Shown in pieces: positions 48,238 through 58,229 of a stretch of DNA of 64,000 bases. The DNA is from Candidatus Eiseniibacteriota bacterium. Its GTDB lineage: Bacteria > Eisenbacteria > RBG-16-71-46 > CAZAMP01. The position numbers and the translations under genes are program-made. Location of the stretch: assembly GCA_965224245.1 (NCBI GenBank), contig OZ245046.1, forward strand, positions 4,000,001 to 4,064,000, written 5' to 3'. Each line of letters starts with the position of its first letter. The first letter of the stretch is position 1. The notes under the pieces were generated by a model, which saw only the letters and a program-made list of their open reading frames with translations, had not been told where the DNA came from and searched no databases.

Positions 48238-50083
48238 CTCCCGCCGGTTCGGATCGGGCCTTCTGTGCGTGATCGCCGCCGGCGCGGCGCTGCTGGCGGC
48301 GGTCCCGGGCTGCCGGATCCTCTCGACCGGCCGACCCAACGTCGTCCTGATCACGCTCGACACGACGCGCGCCGATCGCCTCGGATGCTACGGATACGCC
48401 GCGGCCCAGACACCGGTCATCGACGCGCTCGCCGAGAACGGGGCGCTCTTCGAGAACGTGCGCGCGCACGCGCCGGTCACGGCACCGTCACACGCGAGCA
48501 TCCTCACCGGCACGCTCCCGACGTTTCACGGCGTCGTCGGGAACCTCCAGGCCTTGCCCCCGAGCGGGGTCACGACGCTGGCCGAGTGCTTCGCCGACGC
48601 CGGCTACACGACGGCCGCATCGGTGGGCGCGTTCGTCGTGGCCTCGGAGTGGGGACTGGATCGCGGCTTCGACGCCTACTTCGACGAGCTCCCCGAGGAC
48701 CCCGCCGGCAGTGCCAGCCTCCCGCAACGGCTGGCAGGCGAGGTCGTGGCCGACGCGATCGAGTGGCTGGATGGCGCCGCCGACGCGCCGTTCTTCCTGT
48801 GGGTGCACCTGTTCGACCCGCACGCGCCGTACGAGGCGCCGGATCCGTTTCGTCTGAAGCTGCGCGATCCCTACGACGCCGAGATCGCCTACGCCGATCA
48901 CGCGATCGGTCGCCTCCTGGCGCACCTCACCGAGATCGGCGAGCGGGACGAGACGCTCGTGGTGGTCACCGCCGACCACGGTGAGGCCCTCGGAGAGCAC
49001 GACGAGGACACGCACGGGTTCTTTCTGTACAACGAGACCCTGTCGGTACCGCTCATCTTCGACGGTCCGGGGATCGAGTCGGACGGACGTCGCGTCGAGG
49101 AGATGGTACGGACGATCGACGTGATGCCCACGATCCTCGAGCTCAGCGGCCTTCCCGCCGCACCGGGCGTGCAGGGACGTTCGCTCGTGTCCGCGATCTC
49201 CACCGGTGCGCCCCCGAGCCCCGAGCCGGCCTTCGCGCTGTCGAACGAGCTCAACCTGGCGTTCGGCTGGTCGCCCCTCCGCTCGCTCGAGCATGAGCAC
49301 TGGAAGCTCATCCGGGCGCCCAGGCCGGAGCTCTACGACCTGGACCAGGATCCCGGAGAGCTGACGAACCTCGCCTCGACCCAGCCCGACGTCGCCGCGC
49401 GGCTCGACTCCACGATGAGCGCGCTGATACAAGCCACCACCGGCAACCTGCCGACGGGCACCGGGGGAACCGTGGATCAGGCCACGCTCGAGCGGCTGCG
49501 GAGCCTCGGCTACGTCGCGGGCGGAGAACGCGGACAACAGGTCCCGCTGGACGAGGACGTCTCGGGCTTCACCGATCCCAAGGACCGCGAGGCGTACTGG
49601 GAGGGCTACAAGCGCCTCTCGTACCTCCGCGGCGACGACACGCTGGCCGAGGCGGAGGCGCTCGCGCGCGAGCTCCTGGCCGAGGATCCGGATCCGCCGC
49701 TCGTGCACTATCTATTCGGTCAGGTCCTGTGGCACAAGGCACAGCGCAGCCCGTCACCCGAGACGCTCCGGGAGGCCCGGGAGCACCTGCGGATCGCCGC
49801 GATCATGGACGAGTACCGGATCTCGTCGCTCGTGTTCGTGGGGATCATCCATGCGCAGCTCGGCGAGCTGGATCAGGCGCGCGAGGTCTTCGACGAGATC
49901 CTCCGGATCGACCCCGACGAGGCGATGTCGCACTTCAACCTGACCCTGATCCACGCGCGGCGGCAGAACTGGTCGCGCGTCGTCCATCACGGAGAGGCCG
50001 TGCTCCGGCTCATCCCCGACCACCCGGATGCTCCGGCCATTCGACGCGCGGTCGAGGGGGCGAGGAAGCGGCTCGAGCAGTAA
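48227..50083 (+). CDS. Sulfatase-like (alkaline phosphatase superfamily) hydrolase with C-terminal TPRs, probable lipoprotein
   Basis: PNVVLITLDTTRADRLG, TAPSHASILTG, HLFDPH, TADHGE, ELYDL..DPGE, LRSLGY. Confidence 0.88.
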   Translation: MRASSRRFGSGLLCVIAAGAALLAAVPGCRILSTGRPNVVLITLDTTRADRLGCYGYAAAQTPVIDALAENGALFENVRAHAPVTAPSHASILTGTLPTFHGVVGNLQALPPSGVTTLAECFADAGYTTAASVGAFVVASEWGLDRGFDAYFDELPEDPAGSASLPQRLAGEVVADAIEWLDGAADAPFFLWVHLFDPHAPYEAPDPFRLKLRDPYDAEIAYADHAIGRLLAHLTEIGERDETLVVVTADHGEALGEHDEDTHGFFLYNETLSVPLIFDGPGIESDGRRVEEMVRTIDVMPTILELSGLPAAPGVQGRSLVSAISTGAPPSPEPAFALSNELNLAFGWSPLRSLEHEHWKLIRAPRPELYDLDQDPGELTNLASTQPDVAARLDSTMSALIQATTGNLPTGTGGTVDQATLERLRSLGYVAGGERGQQVPLDEDVSGFTDPKDREAYWEGYKRLSYLRGDDTLAEAEALARELLAEDPDPPLVHYLFGQVLWHKAQRSPSPETLREAREHLRIAAIMDEYRISSLVFVGIIHAQLGELDQAREVFDEILRIDPDEAMSHFNLTLIHARRQNWSRVVHHGEAVLRLIPDHPDAPAIRRAVEGARKRLEQ

Positions 50084-50137
50084 GCGGAGCTTGGGTAACG
50101 CGCCGCACCGGTCGACAAGTCACCGGGGAGGGAACCC

Positions 50138-51262
50138 GTGCACGATCACACCACAGGCGTCCGGACGCGCTCCGCCCGCTGGCTCATCGCCGTGACGCTC
50201 GTCTCGGCGGGGTCGGCGAGCACGGGCCTCGCCGCGAGCGCGACCGTCAACGCCGAAGGCACCGGTGACTACGAGACGCTGCAGGCGGCGATGTTCGCCC
50301 TCGCTCCCGGGGACACCCTCTGGCTGGAGGACGGCACCTACCTCGGCGCCCTGAACCGCAACCTGAACTTCTACGGCAAGCCCCTCGTCGTCCGTTCGGT
50401 ATCGGACGACCCGGAGCGCTGCGTCATCGACTGCGAGAACGCCGGCCGTGGCGTCGGCGTGTTCAGCGGCGAGCCTGACGGCACGCTGATCAGGGGCCTG
50501 ACCTTTCGCAACGGGTACGCCAGCGAGGAAGGTGGCGGCATCCGGCTCGACGAAGGATCTCACCTGTCGCTCGAGAACTGCGTCATCGCCGACTGCTGGG
50601 CCCCCCGGGGAGGTGGGATCGCGATCAACTACCGATCGTCCGTGTCGATGGTGAACGTCGCGGTGCTCGGCAACGAGTCCGACGCGGGGGGAGGCGCGTT
50701 CCTGTTCGGTGATTCGAGCCTGAACGTGATCGGGTCCACGATCGCCGGAAACGTCGCGTCGGCGTTCGGCGGGGGCGGGATCTGGTGCGGCGATCGTTCG
50801 GACCTCGACGTCGAGACGAGCACGATCTCGAACAACCACGCGAAGGGCTACGGCACCGGGATCTTCGCCCATGCCTACGCCACGGTGTCGATCGCCGACT
50901 CGATCGTCTGGGAGAACTGCGGGGCCGATGAGCGTGCCGCCGACATCTACACGTGGGATGACACCACGGAGCTGTCGATCGGATGCACGATCGTGGATCC
51001 CGATCGGATCGGCGGCCGTGCCGACGTCGTCGAGACAGGCAATCTGATCGCCAGCGATCCGCTATTCTGTCTCGAGAGCGTCTGTGTCGCAGGTGGCGTC
51101 ACGGGTGCGGCCGACCTCGACGTCGCGTCGAACTCGCCCGCGTTGCCGCCCAACAACCCATGCAGCCGACTTCTCGGCGCACGATCGGACGCGTGCGCGG
51201 CACAGGTCCCCGTGATCGCCCGCTCCTGGGGTGCGATCAAGGGCGCCTACCACCGCGATTGA
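50138..51262 (+). CDS. Exported right-handed beta-helix (pectin lyase-like) protein
   Basis: GDYETLQAA, DGTY, repeated GGGI/GGGAF units, DPLFC; C-terminal SWGAIKGAY. Confidence 0.82.
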   Translation: MHDHTTGVRTRSARWLIAVTLVSAGSASTGLAASATVNAEGTGDYETLQAAMFALAPGDTLWLEDGTYLGALNRNLNFYGKPLVVRSVSDDPERCVIDCENAGRGVGVFSGEPDGTLIRGLTFRNGYASEEGGGIRLDEGSHLSLENCVIADCWAPRGGGIAINYRSSVSMVNVAVLGNESDAGGGAFLFGDSSLNVIGSTIAGNVASAFGGGGIWCGDRSDLDVETSTISNNHAKGYGTGIFAHAYATVSIADSIVWENCGADERAADIYTWDDTTELSIGCTIVDPDRIGGRADVVETGNLIASDPLFCLESVCVAGGVTGAADLDVASNSPALPPNNPCSRLLGARSDACAAQVPVIARSWGAIKGAYHRD

Positions 51263-51294
51263 CACGCGTCGGGGGCACTCGGAGTCAGGGTTCC

Positions 51295-52527
51295 GTGTCA
51301 TACCGCCTTCTCCACGTGCACGCGAGCTGCCGGAACGTCGGGGACCACGTCCTGGTCGGCATTCTCCGGCGGGCGCTCACCGACCGGCTGCCCGGTGCGA
51401 CGTTCGTCAGCGCCTCGCGACGCCCCGGGGATCGCCTGGGTGACGAGCCGTTCGTCGAGCGCGAGCGGCTCCGCCTGGGCCGTCCTCTCGACGAGGTGCG
51501 CGACGTGCTCGCGGGCGTGGACGCGGTCGTGGTCGGAGGTGGCGACCTCCTGACCGGCCGGCAGGCGTTCTCGCTCTACCGGTCGCTCATCACGTCCGGG
51601 CTGCCGATCGCGTTCGTGGGCGTGGGCGTGAACCTGTCGAACGTGCCGAAGCGGCTTCACCGGATCTCGCTCAAGGGTCTGTCCCGCGCCCGCATCGTCA
51701 CCCGAGACGCCGCCTCGGCCGCCGCGCTCCGCGAGGCCGGCCTGTCGCGCGTGGTCGAGGGTCCGGACCTGGCCATGCTGGAGTTCGTGCCCGAGCGCTT
51801 CGTTCCTCGTGCCCCCGCCGGCCCGGAGGACTCGACCGGCTTCGATCTCGCGGTGTCGGTCCGGTGGCCCGAGGCCAACACCGCGCGCTGGGGAGACGCG
51901 TTCTACGACGCGCTCGCGATCGCACTGGACCGGCTGATCATCCAGGATGGTGCGCGCGTCAGCTTCGTGTCGATGACCCGCCCCGTCACCGGCACCCCGG
52001 TCGACCAGGACGACGCCGCAATCGCCGAGCTCGTGCAGGATCGGATGACCCGCAGCGATCGCACGCGCGTCCTGACCCTGGCCGACGACCCCGGCTCGGC
52101 GCTCGACGTTCTCGGATCGTTCGACGTCATCGCGGGCCTTCGCCTCCACGCGCTGGCTCTGGCCACGCTCCGGGGCGTGGCGCCGGTTCCGTTCGACTAC
52201 TCGCCGAAGATCCGCGCCTGGTGGCGATCGCTTCAGAACGAGCGGGACGCGCTGGCGGCATCGGCGTGGACCGATCCCGATCGCCTCGTGGCCGCGATCC
52301 GCGCCGGCCGGCGCCGGACGCCGGCCGAGATCCAGGCCACGCGCGAGGCGCTGGTCGCGCAGCGAGCACGCCTGGGCGCGATTCTCGACGAGGTGGCCAC
52401 GAGCCTGACCCGGGAGATCGAGACGCCGGGGCGGCGCTTTCGCACGTGGCCCTACCGGGTGGCGACGCACGTTCGCGAGCCCGCGCGCGATCGATTGGAG
52501 AGAGCCGTGACGCGTCTCGGCCGGTGA
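51295..52527 (+). CDS. Polysaccharide pyruvyl transferase family protein
   Basis: NVGD, VVGGGDLL, GVGV, TRDAAS, PDLA, RLHA, YSPK. Confidence 0.88.
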   Translation: MSYRLLHVHASCRNVGDHVLVGILRRALTDRLPGATFVSASRRPGDRLGDEPFVERERLRLGRPLDEVRDVLAGVDAVVVGGGDLLTGRQAFSLYRSLITSGLPIAFVGVGVNLSNVPKRLHRISLKGLSRARIVTRDAASAAALREAGLSRVVEGPDLAMLEFVPERFVPRAPAGPEDSTGFDLAVSVRWPEANTARWGDAFYDALAIALDRLIIQDGARVSFVSMTRPVTGTPVDQDDAAIAELVQDRMTRSDRTRVLTLADDPGSALDVLGSFDVIAGLRLHALALATLRGVAPVPFDYSPKIRAWWRSLQNERDALAASAWTDPDRLVAAIRAGRRRTPAEIQATREALVAQRARLGAILDEVATSLTREIETPGRRFRTWPYRVATHVREPARDRLERAVTRLGR

Positions 52528-52543
52528 CGTCCGGAGACGAGCA

Positions 52544-53926
52544 CTACGCGGCGGAACGCCGGCCCGGCTGACGGCGCCCGGCACCCGCGTCCCCGTCGGT
52601 CCGGGACCGGAGCGCGCTCGCCGTCGTCGCGACCCCGTCGAAGACGTCGCGGGCGGTGACGCGTCGCGAGGCCGGCCTCGGGGCGGGCGAGGGCGACGCG
52701 ACGCGACGCCGCCACAGACGCTCTAGCCGGCGCCCGGCGTCCAGGATCATGCCGAACGGCGTCGTCTCCACGAGCTCGCGGACTGCCTGACGGCGCACGT
52801 TGCGGGCGTTGGCCCGCATCAAGCGGATCGACAGCGGCAGATCGGCGCCGGTCTCCAGCGCGACCTCCAGGATCTCCTCGGCCCACGAGCGCTCGAGGTC
52901 GGTGGCCGTGGGCAGGATCCGCCGCTCCACGTTCCTCGGAAGCGGCACGTCGAAGGCCGGTGTCCGATCCAGCACGCCGGCGACGTGGAACGACAGCATC
53001 GTTCGCAGACACTTCACGCACTGCCCGCAGTTGCCGAGTCCGCCGCCGTTGTGCAGGCACACGCGTACCGTCCGCCGAGCCAGCGCGTCGCGAGCCAGGA
53101 GTCGCACCACCTTCTGGGCGCGGCTGGCCTCGCAGCCGTCGTGCACGATCTCCAGACGCTCGGTGGACCAGAGCGCGTCCAGGAGCGGATGCGTCCCCCA
53201 CGGGATCAGCCCCGAGTAGGGCTTGTTCCCGGGGATCAGCACGTGGCCGAGTCCCTCGCCGAGCATCGAGGCCGTCGCGGCCAGCGCGCTCCCGTGGTAC
53301 GTCCTCCAGGTGACCGGAAACAGCGTGCGCAGGTTCGTGCGGGCGATGATCGGCGCGACGCCAGCCTCCCGGGCGATCAGCTGCACGCGGGCCGCATTGG
53401 CCCGCGCGTCCACCTCGGCGGTGTCGTCGAGCCGGGACTCGAGACCCACGACGTGAATCAGATGGGTCAGCTTCGGGGTCGGCCGCTGCCAGTCGTGAAC
53501 GCTCTTGAGCAGCGTGTAGAACGAATCGACACCGCCGGAGAAGAACGTGGCCGCCCCCCGCACGCGGCGAGCGAGACGCCGGCCCCGGGCCTCGGCGTCC
53601 GGGTCGGGAACCGTTCGCACGTCGATCCTCGGGTAGCTCGGGTACCACCGTCCGAGGGTGTCCTGGATCCGGTGGAGGTTCCGGTGAAGCCGGGGTGAGA
53701 TCGGATCGGGAATCTCGAGCGGCTCGTCGGCGGCCATCGCGGGCAAGAGGAGCGCCGGCACGAACGCGTCCGGCGTGGCACACACCAGCGACGCGACCTG
53801 CGCCGGGTAGTCGAACGCGAGCTCTCGAGGCGCGTCCCAGGCGGCGGTGGACACGAGACCCGAGACGCGCACGCGGCCGTCCTCGACTCGATGGCGGATC
53901 TCGACCAGCTTCACGGTGCGTCCCAT
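52544..53926 (-). CDS. Hypothetical PP-loop (HUP-fold) protein with a Cys cluster
   Basis: FFSGGVDSFYTL; RVC....NCGQCVKCLRT. Confidence 0.7.
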   Translation of the reverse strand: MGRTVKLVEIRHRVEDGRVRVSGLVSTAAWDAPRELAFDYPAQVASLVCATPDAFVPALLLPAMAADEPLEIPDPISPRLHRNLHRIQDTLGRWYPSYPRIDVRTVPDPDAEARGRRLARRVRGAATFFSGGVDSFYTLLKSVHDWQRPTPKLTHLIHVVGLESRLDDTAEVDARANAARVQLIAREAGVAPIIARTNLRTLFPVTWRTYHGSALAATASMLGEGLGHVLIPGNKPYSGLIPWGTHPLLDALWSTERLEIVHDGCEASRAQKVVRLLARDALARRTVRVCLHNGGGLGNCGQCVKCLRTMLSFHVAGVLDRTPAFDVPLPRNVERRILPTATDLERSWAEEILEVALETGADLPLSIRLMRANARNVRRQAVRELVETTPFGMILDAGRRLERLWRRRVASPSPAPRPASRRVTARDVFDGVATTASALRSRTDGDAGAGRRQPGRRSAA

Positions 53927-54094
53927 TCCCGGGAGCCTCCCGGTCCCCGGGCGACCTCGTCGGGTGACGATCGTCCCGGGCGGCGGGGCACTCCCGCCGC
54001 ATCGAGATCACTCATCGGCCGCGGGGCGCCTTCGCACCACACCCGGCGCGGGAGGGGACGCGACCGCTTGCGGAATCGGTGGCTGGCCGCCAAG

Positions 54095-54808
54095 ATGCGC
54101 CGCATGGTCACTCACGAACTCCGTCCCCGGCGCCTCGTGATCGTCGCCGCCGCGGTGCTCGCGCCGCTCGTCGTGGTGCTCGTCTTTCACGCACCGCTCC
54201 TGGCGCGCTTCGGCCACTGGCTCGTGGAGACCGACGAGCCGGCGCCCGCCGACGTGATCATCGTGCTCGGCGGCCAGTCGGGTCATCGCATCGTGAAGGG
54301 TCGCGAGCTCTACGCCGCCGGATTGGCCGAGCGGATCGCGATCACCGGACCGAATGCCGAGTACCCCGAGTTCGAGGAGCCCACGTACGTCAGGTGGCTC
54401 CACCTCCTCGATCGCGTGGGGATGCCGGAGGACCGCATCGATCTCCTGAGCCCGTCCAACAGCACGTTCGACGACGCCGTGCTCGTGCGCGACTACCTGC
54501 ATCGCACGGGCCATCGCTCGGCGCTCGTGGTGACCGATCCGTATCACACGAAGCGTGCGGGGTGGGTCATCCGGCGCATGCTCGCCGGCACGTCGTCCGG
54601 CGACGAGAGTGCCGCGGACGACCTGGAGATCCGGGTCGTCGCCTGCGATCAGCCGTGGTTCGCGCCCGATCGATGGTGGAAGGACGAGAAGCAGCTCCTG
54701 TTCGTCGTTCTCGAGTACGTGAAGTTCGGGTACTACGTCGCGAGCTACGGGCGATCGGGTCCGCTCCAGGGAACGCCGACCGAGCTCCACCGCGCGTCGC
54801 CGCCCTGA
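54095..54808 (+). CDS. YdcF/DUF218 family protein
   Basis: N-terminal TM, ADVIIVLGG, STFDDA, VVTDPYHTKRA, EYVK. Confidence 0.87.
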   Translation: MRRMVTHELRPRRLVIVAAAVLAPLVVVLVFHAPLLARFGHWLVETDEPAPADVIIVLGGQSGHRIVKGRELYAAGLAERIAITGPNAEYPEFEEPTYVRWLHLLDRVGMPEDRIDLLSPSNSTFDDAVLVRDYLHRTGHRSALVVTDPYHTKRAGWVIRRMLAGTSSGDESAADDLEIRVVACDQPWFAPDRWWKDEKQLLFVVLEYVKFGYYVASYGRSGPLQGTPTELHRASPP

Positions 54809-54815
54809 TGCTCCG

Positions 54816-55976
54816 CTAGACGAGCCGGGCTCGCCGGAGCAATCGAAGCCCCGACCACACCGGGCGAAAGACGGGATCCCCGAGCTCTGATCGCACCCGC
54901 GCGCGGAACGCGAACGCGTCCGCCGCGTCGGATCGCCAGCGCCTGAGGATCGACGTCGTGGGCACGCGATAGAAGCGATCGAGGTTTCCTCCGGGCCGGT
55001 TGAGCCCACGCTCGAACCACGCCGGCACCGACACCCCGTGATAGCCGACCGACTTCGCCAGCGCGAGCACCTCGTCGCTGAGCGAGCCGCCCGGGCAGCA
55101 CAGGTACCGGACGTCACGCCCGAGCCCCTCGGTCAGGATGCGGCGGCTGTCCGCGAGCTCGGACGTGAGCCTGGCGTCGCGCTCGGCATCGGTCTCCACG
55201 CGACCGCGCCCTCCATCGCCGGACGACGCGATCGCGTCGGCCACGAGCTCCTGATACTCCGCCCGCCACGCGTCGCGCTCGAAGAACGCGGCGCCCCCGC
55301 GCTCGGCCACGCCGGTCACGACGCGCGTCTCGACCGCCGGATCGGGCAGGTAGCGCCGCGCCAGGAGCGCCTTCTCGTGCCGGTACACCGGTGTGCCGTA
55401 CGGTACGTCCTCACGGCGACCCTCGCGATACCAGAACGGCTTTCGCTCGGGGAATCGGTTCCACCAGAGATGGCGATACGTGGACCACGGCAGATCGGGT
55501 CGGTGCGCGTCGATCACGTCGTCGCCGGTCGGGTACCACGTGTGAGTGACGGCATGGCTCTCGACCGTGACCAGTCCCGACGCCTCCATCTCGCGCATCT
55601 CGGCCCAGGACAGGAACCCGTACGGGACGTCCGTGCCGAGGCGACGCGGCTCGGTCGACGGGTCGATGAAGTCGGTGGTGACGAAGACGGTGGCCTTCGT
55701 CTCGTACTCGAGGAGCAGTGGATACACGTACAGCCAGAAGTCGAGGTAGCCGTCGTCGAACGTCAGCACGACCGCGCGCGGGCCGATCGATCGCCGGCCC
55801 TCACGGAACTCGCGCAGCTCGCCGAGAGAGAGTGACTCGATCCGGTCCCGCCGGAGCGCGGCCAGGTAGTGCTCGAACACGCGCGGCTCCAGCCAGTGAT
55901 CCATCTGCGGCGGACGCGACGGGTCGTCCGGCGCGACGCCGTGGAACATCAGCACCGGAACGCTGCGGATCGACAT
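54816..55976 (-). CDS. Polysaccharide deacetylase (CE4/NodB-like)
   Basis: PVLMFH, VVLTFDDGY, ATVFV, ESHAVTH, CPGG. Confidence 0.9.
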   Translation of the reverse strand: MSIRSVPVLMFHGVAPDDPSRPPQMDHWLEPRVFEHYLAALRRDRIESLSLGELREFREGRRSIGPRAVVLTFDDGYLDFWLYVYPLLLEYETKATVFVTTDFIDPSTEPRRLGTDVPYGFLSWAEMREMEASGLVTVESHAVTHTWYPTGDDVIDAHRPDLPWSTYRHLWWNRFPERKPFWYREGRREDVPYGTPVYRHEKALLARRYLPDPAVETRVVTGVAERGGAAFFERDAWRAEYQELVADAIASSGDGGRGRVETDAERDARLTSELADSRRILTEGLGRDVRYLCCPGGSLSDEVLALAKSVGYHGVSVPAWFERGLNRPGGNLDRFYRVPTTSILRRWRSDAADAFAFRARVRSELGDPVFRPVWSGLRLLRRARLV

Positions 55977-58004
55977 TCAGCGATCCTCCGCATCGGTGAC
56001 CGGAGGGGATGCAGCCGGCATCGGATCCCAGCGAAGCCGGATGCCGCGCGACGCGAGCTCCTCGACGTAGAGCGCGATCACCAGCAGCCTGAACGCGTAC
56101 CCGAAGCCGCGACGCGGATTGCGTGGCGGCATCAGTCGCCGGCGCAGCAGCTCGGGTGTGTGCGGCGCATACGCGAGGTGCTTCCCGCGCTCGACGAGCC
56201 AGTCGCGAAGCCTGCCGCGGCTCTCGCGGCGGCCGCCGCGCGTGACGTCGACCGGCGCCGCCGGGGGCCGGAGCCATTCGTCGAGCTGCGTCTCGAGACC
56301 TCGGCGATCGAACCACCCGAGAAGATCGGGCGATGCCCCGAGGATGCAGTCCCGGAAGAACGCCGACAGCTCGGGCGTGCCAGCCACCACGCGCGGCCAC
56401 GGCACGAGACTCGTGCGCGACGCGAAGGGGACGTCCACCGGCGCCAGCCGCTCGCACACGGCCGTCTTGAACAGCGTCTTGGAGCGCCGTCGTGCGCGGG
56501 GCAGCGCCGTCACGACCTCGAGCACGCGCCGGTCCAGGAGGGGGTTGCGCATCGGGATCGCGCGCATCTTGAACTGATTCAGCGGATTCAGATACTGGCC
56601 GAACCGGACGGCGAAGTAGTACTCGTCCTTTCGGTCCACCGGGTGCGCGCCGGATGGAATCGCGTCCAGCGTGTCGTACGAGGCGCGGCCCGCGCGCTCC
56701 AGCTCGGCGTACGCCTCGGGTGTGAAGAGCCGATCGAAGACCGAGTGCCACGCGAACGGATACACCCCGATGCACGCCTTGGCCACGTGCTCGTTCGGAA
56801 TGCCGAACGGCCACTTCATGCCGAAGCACTCGTCGCCGCGTACGAGCACGTCGAAGTCGGCGGCCAGGCGGCGGAACACGCCGTCGCCCTCGGGGTAGTT
56901 CGCCAGCGCATCCACCGCCGCGTCCATCATGTACACCCATCGGGACGCGTTCTCGCGAAGCGGTGCGGCCTCGAGCGGCACGAAGCGATGTGGCACGCCG
57001 AACGCGACGGCCAGCTCGCGCGCGACCGCCGCGTCGCTGCCGGCGAGCTCGGCGTCGAACCCCCAGGTGACGGTACCCACGCGGGCGCCCGCCTCCACGC
57101 TGGCGCCGAGCAGACCGCGTGAGTCGTAGCCGCCGCTCAGGAGCACCCCGACGCGCTCGTTCGCGCCCAGCTGCGAGGCCACGACCTCGCGAACGAGATC
57201 GGCCATCTCGCCGGCGCCGATGCGATCGCCGCCGGGCGCGTAGCGGAGCTGCCAGTAGCGTCGCGCCTCGAGCTCGCGCGAATCGGCCCGACGCCCCGAA
57301 CGCGCACTCTGCCCGGTGAGGAGCGTGGCCCCGGGAACGGGCGCGATGCCCTCGACGTGACTTCGGCCCGGTGGCACGTACCCCGTCGCGAGGAAGAACG
57401 CGAGCGACGCGACGTCGCCGCGCACCGACGACGGGTCCAGGGCCACGAGCGCCTTTGCCTCGGGCGCGAACGCCAGATGGCGACCGACGCGGCGGGTGAA
57501 GAGCGGCAGCGCGGCCATCACGTCGGTGAAGAGCGCGAACTCGCCGCTCCTGGGATCGACCTCGAGCCCCACGAACATGCCCGACTGGCGGGCGAGCGCG
57601 CCCGCGAGCCCCGCGACGTCGCCGGGGGACGGCCAGGGATCGGCCGTGAACTCGCGCGAGGCCGCGCCCTCTCGAGCGGCCCGGCCGTCGTAGATCTCGC
57701 CGTACCAGAACGAGAGGATCTCCGAGGGGCCGGCGGGCGTCTCGCGGCTCGCGCCAACGGGCGCCGGCTCGGCAACCGGGACCCCCCGCATCATCGGCAT
57801 GTGGCAATACGAGCTAACCCCAACCGCGGCAACACACACCGATCCCACACGGGTCTCCGCGAGCACGCGGTACCGGGGCTCTCCGGAGGATCGATTGGCC
57901 TCGGTGAGCACGGTCGTCATCCGCTCGAGAAGCGTCGACGCCTCGGCCTCCGGCCCGCTCCGACCCTCGGACCACAGCTCGACCACGCCGCAGATGCCGG
58001 GCAT
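55977..58004 (-). CDS. Asparagine synthase-like amidotransferase/amide ligase
   Basis: MPGICG start with GGAGGA RBS; GEIYD, FAPEAKAL, RRYW, LLSGGYDSR, RNPLLD. Confidence 0.82.
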   Translation of the reverse strand: MPGICGVVELWSEGRSGPEAEASTLLERMTTVLTEANRSSGEPRYRVLAETRVGSVCVAAVGVSSYCHMPMMRGVPVAEPAPVGASRETPAGPSEILSFWYGEIYDGRAAREGAASREFTADPWPSPGDVAGLAGALARQSGMFVGLEVDPRSGEFALFTDVMAALPLFTRRVGRHLAFAPEAKALVALDPSSVRGDVASLAFFLATGYVPPGRSHVEGIAPVPGATLLTGQSARSGRRADSRELEARRYWQLRYAPGGDRIGAGEMADLVREVVASQLGANERVGVLLSGGYDSRGLLGASVEAGARVGTVTWGFDAELAGSDAAVARELAVAFGVPHRFVPLEAAPLRENASRWVYMMDAAVDALANYPEGDGVFRRLAADFDVLVRGDECFGMKWPFGIPNEHVAKACIGVYPFAWHSVFDRLFTPEAYAELERAGRASYDTLDAIPSGAHPVDRKDEYYFAVRFGQYLNPLNQFKMRAIPMRNPLLDRRVLEVVTALPRARRRSKTLFKTAVCERLAPVDVPFASRTSLVPWPRVVAGTPELSAFFRDCILGASPDLLGWFDRRGLETQLDEWLRPPAAPVDVTRGGRRESRGRLRDWLVERGKHLAYAPHTPELLRRRLMPPRNPRRGFGYAFRLLVIALYVEELASRGIRLRWDPMPAASPPVTDAEDR

Positions 58005-58229
58005 GCACGATCCTCCTGGTGTCGTACACCATCGACCGATCGGGCCGCCGACTCGCGCGGCGTCAAGGGTCCTCGCGAGATCGACCGAACAAAAGATACG
58101 GAAGAGGGGTCGACCCGTCATCCTACCGGGAGTCATACTTGCTGCCGAGGCCTCAATGCTGCGCACGAGATTGCCCGGTCCTCGCCGACGCACCCCCGAG
58201 GATCCGGCGACCCCACCCATGAGGTTTGG

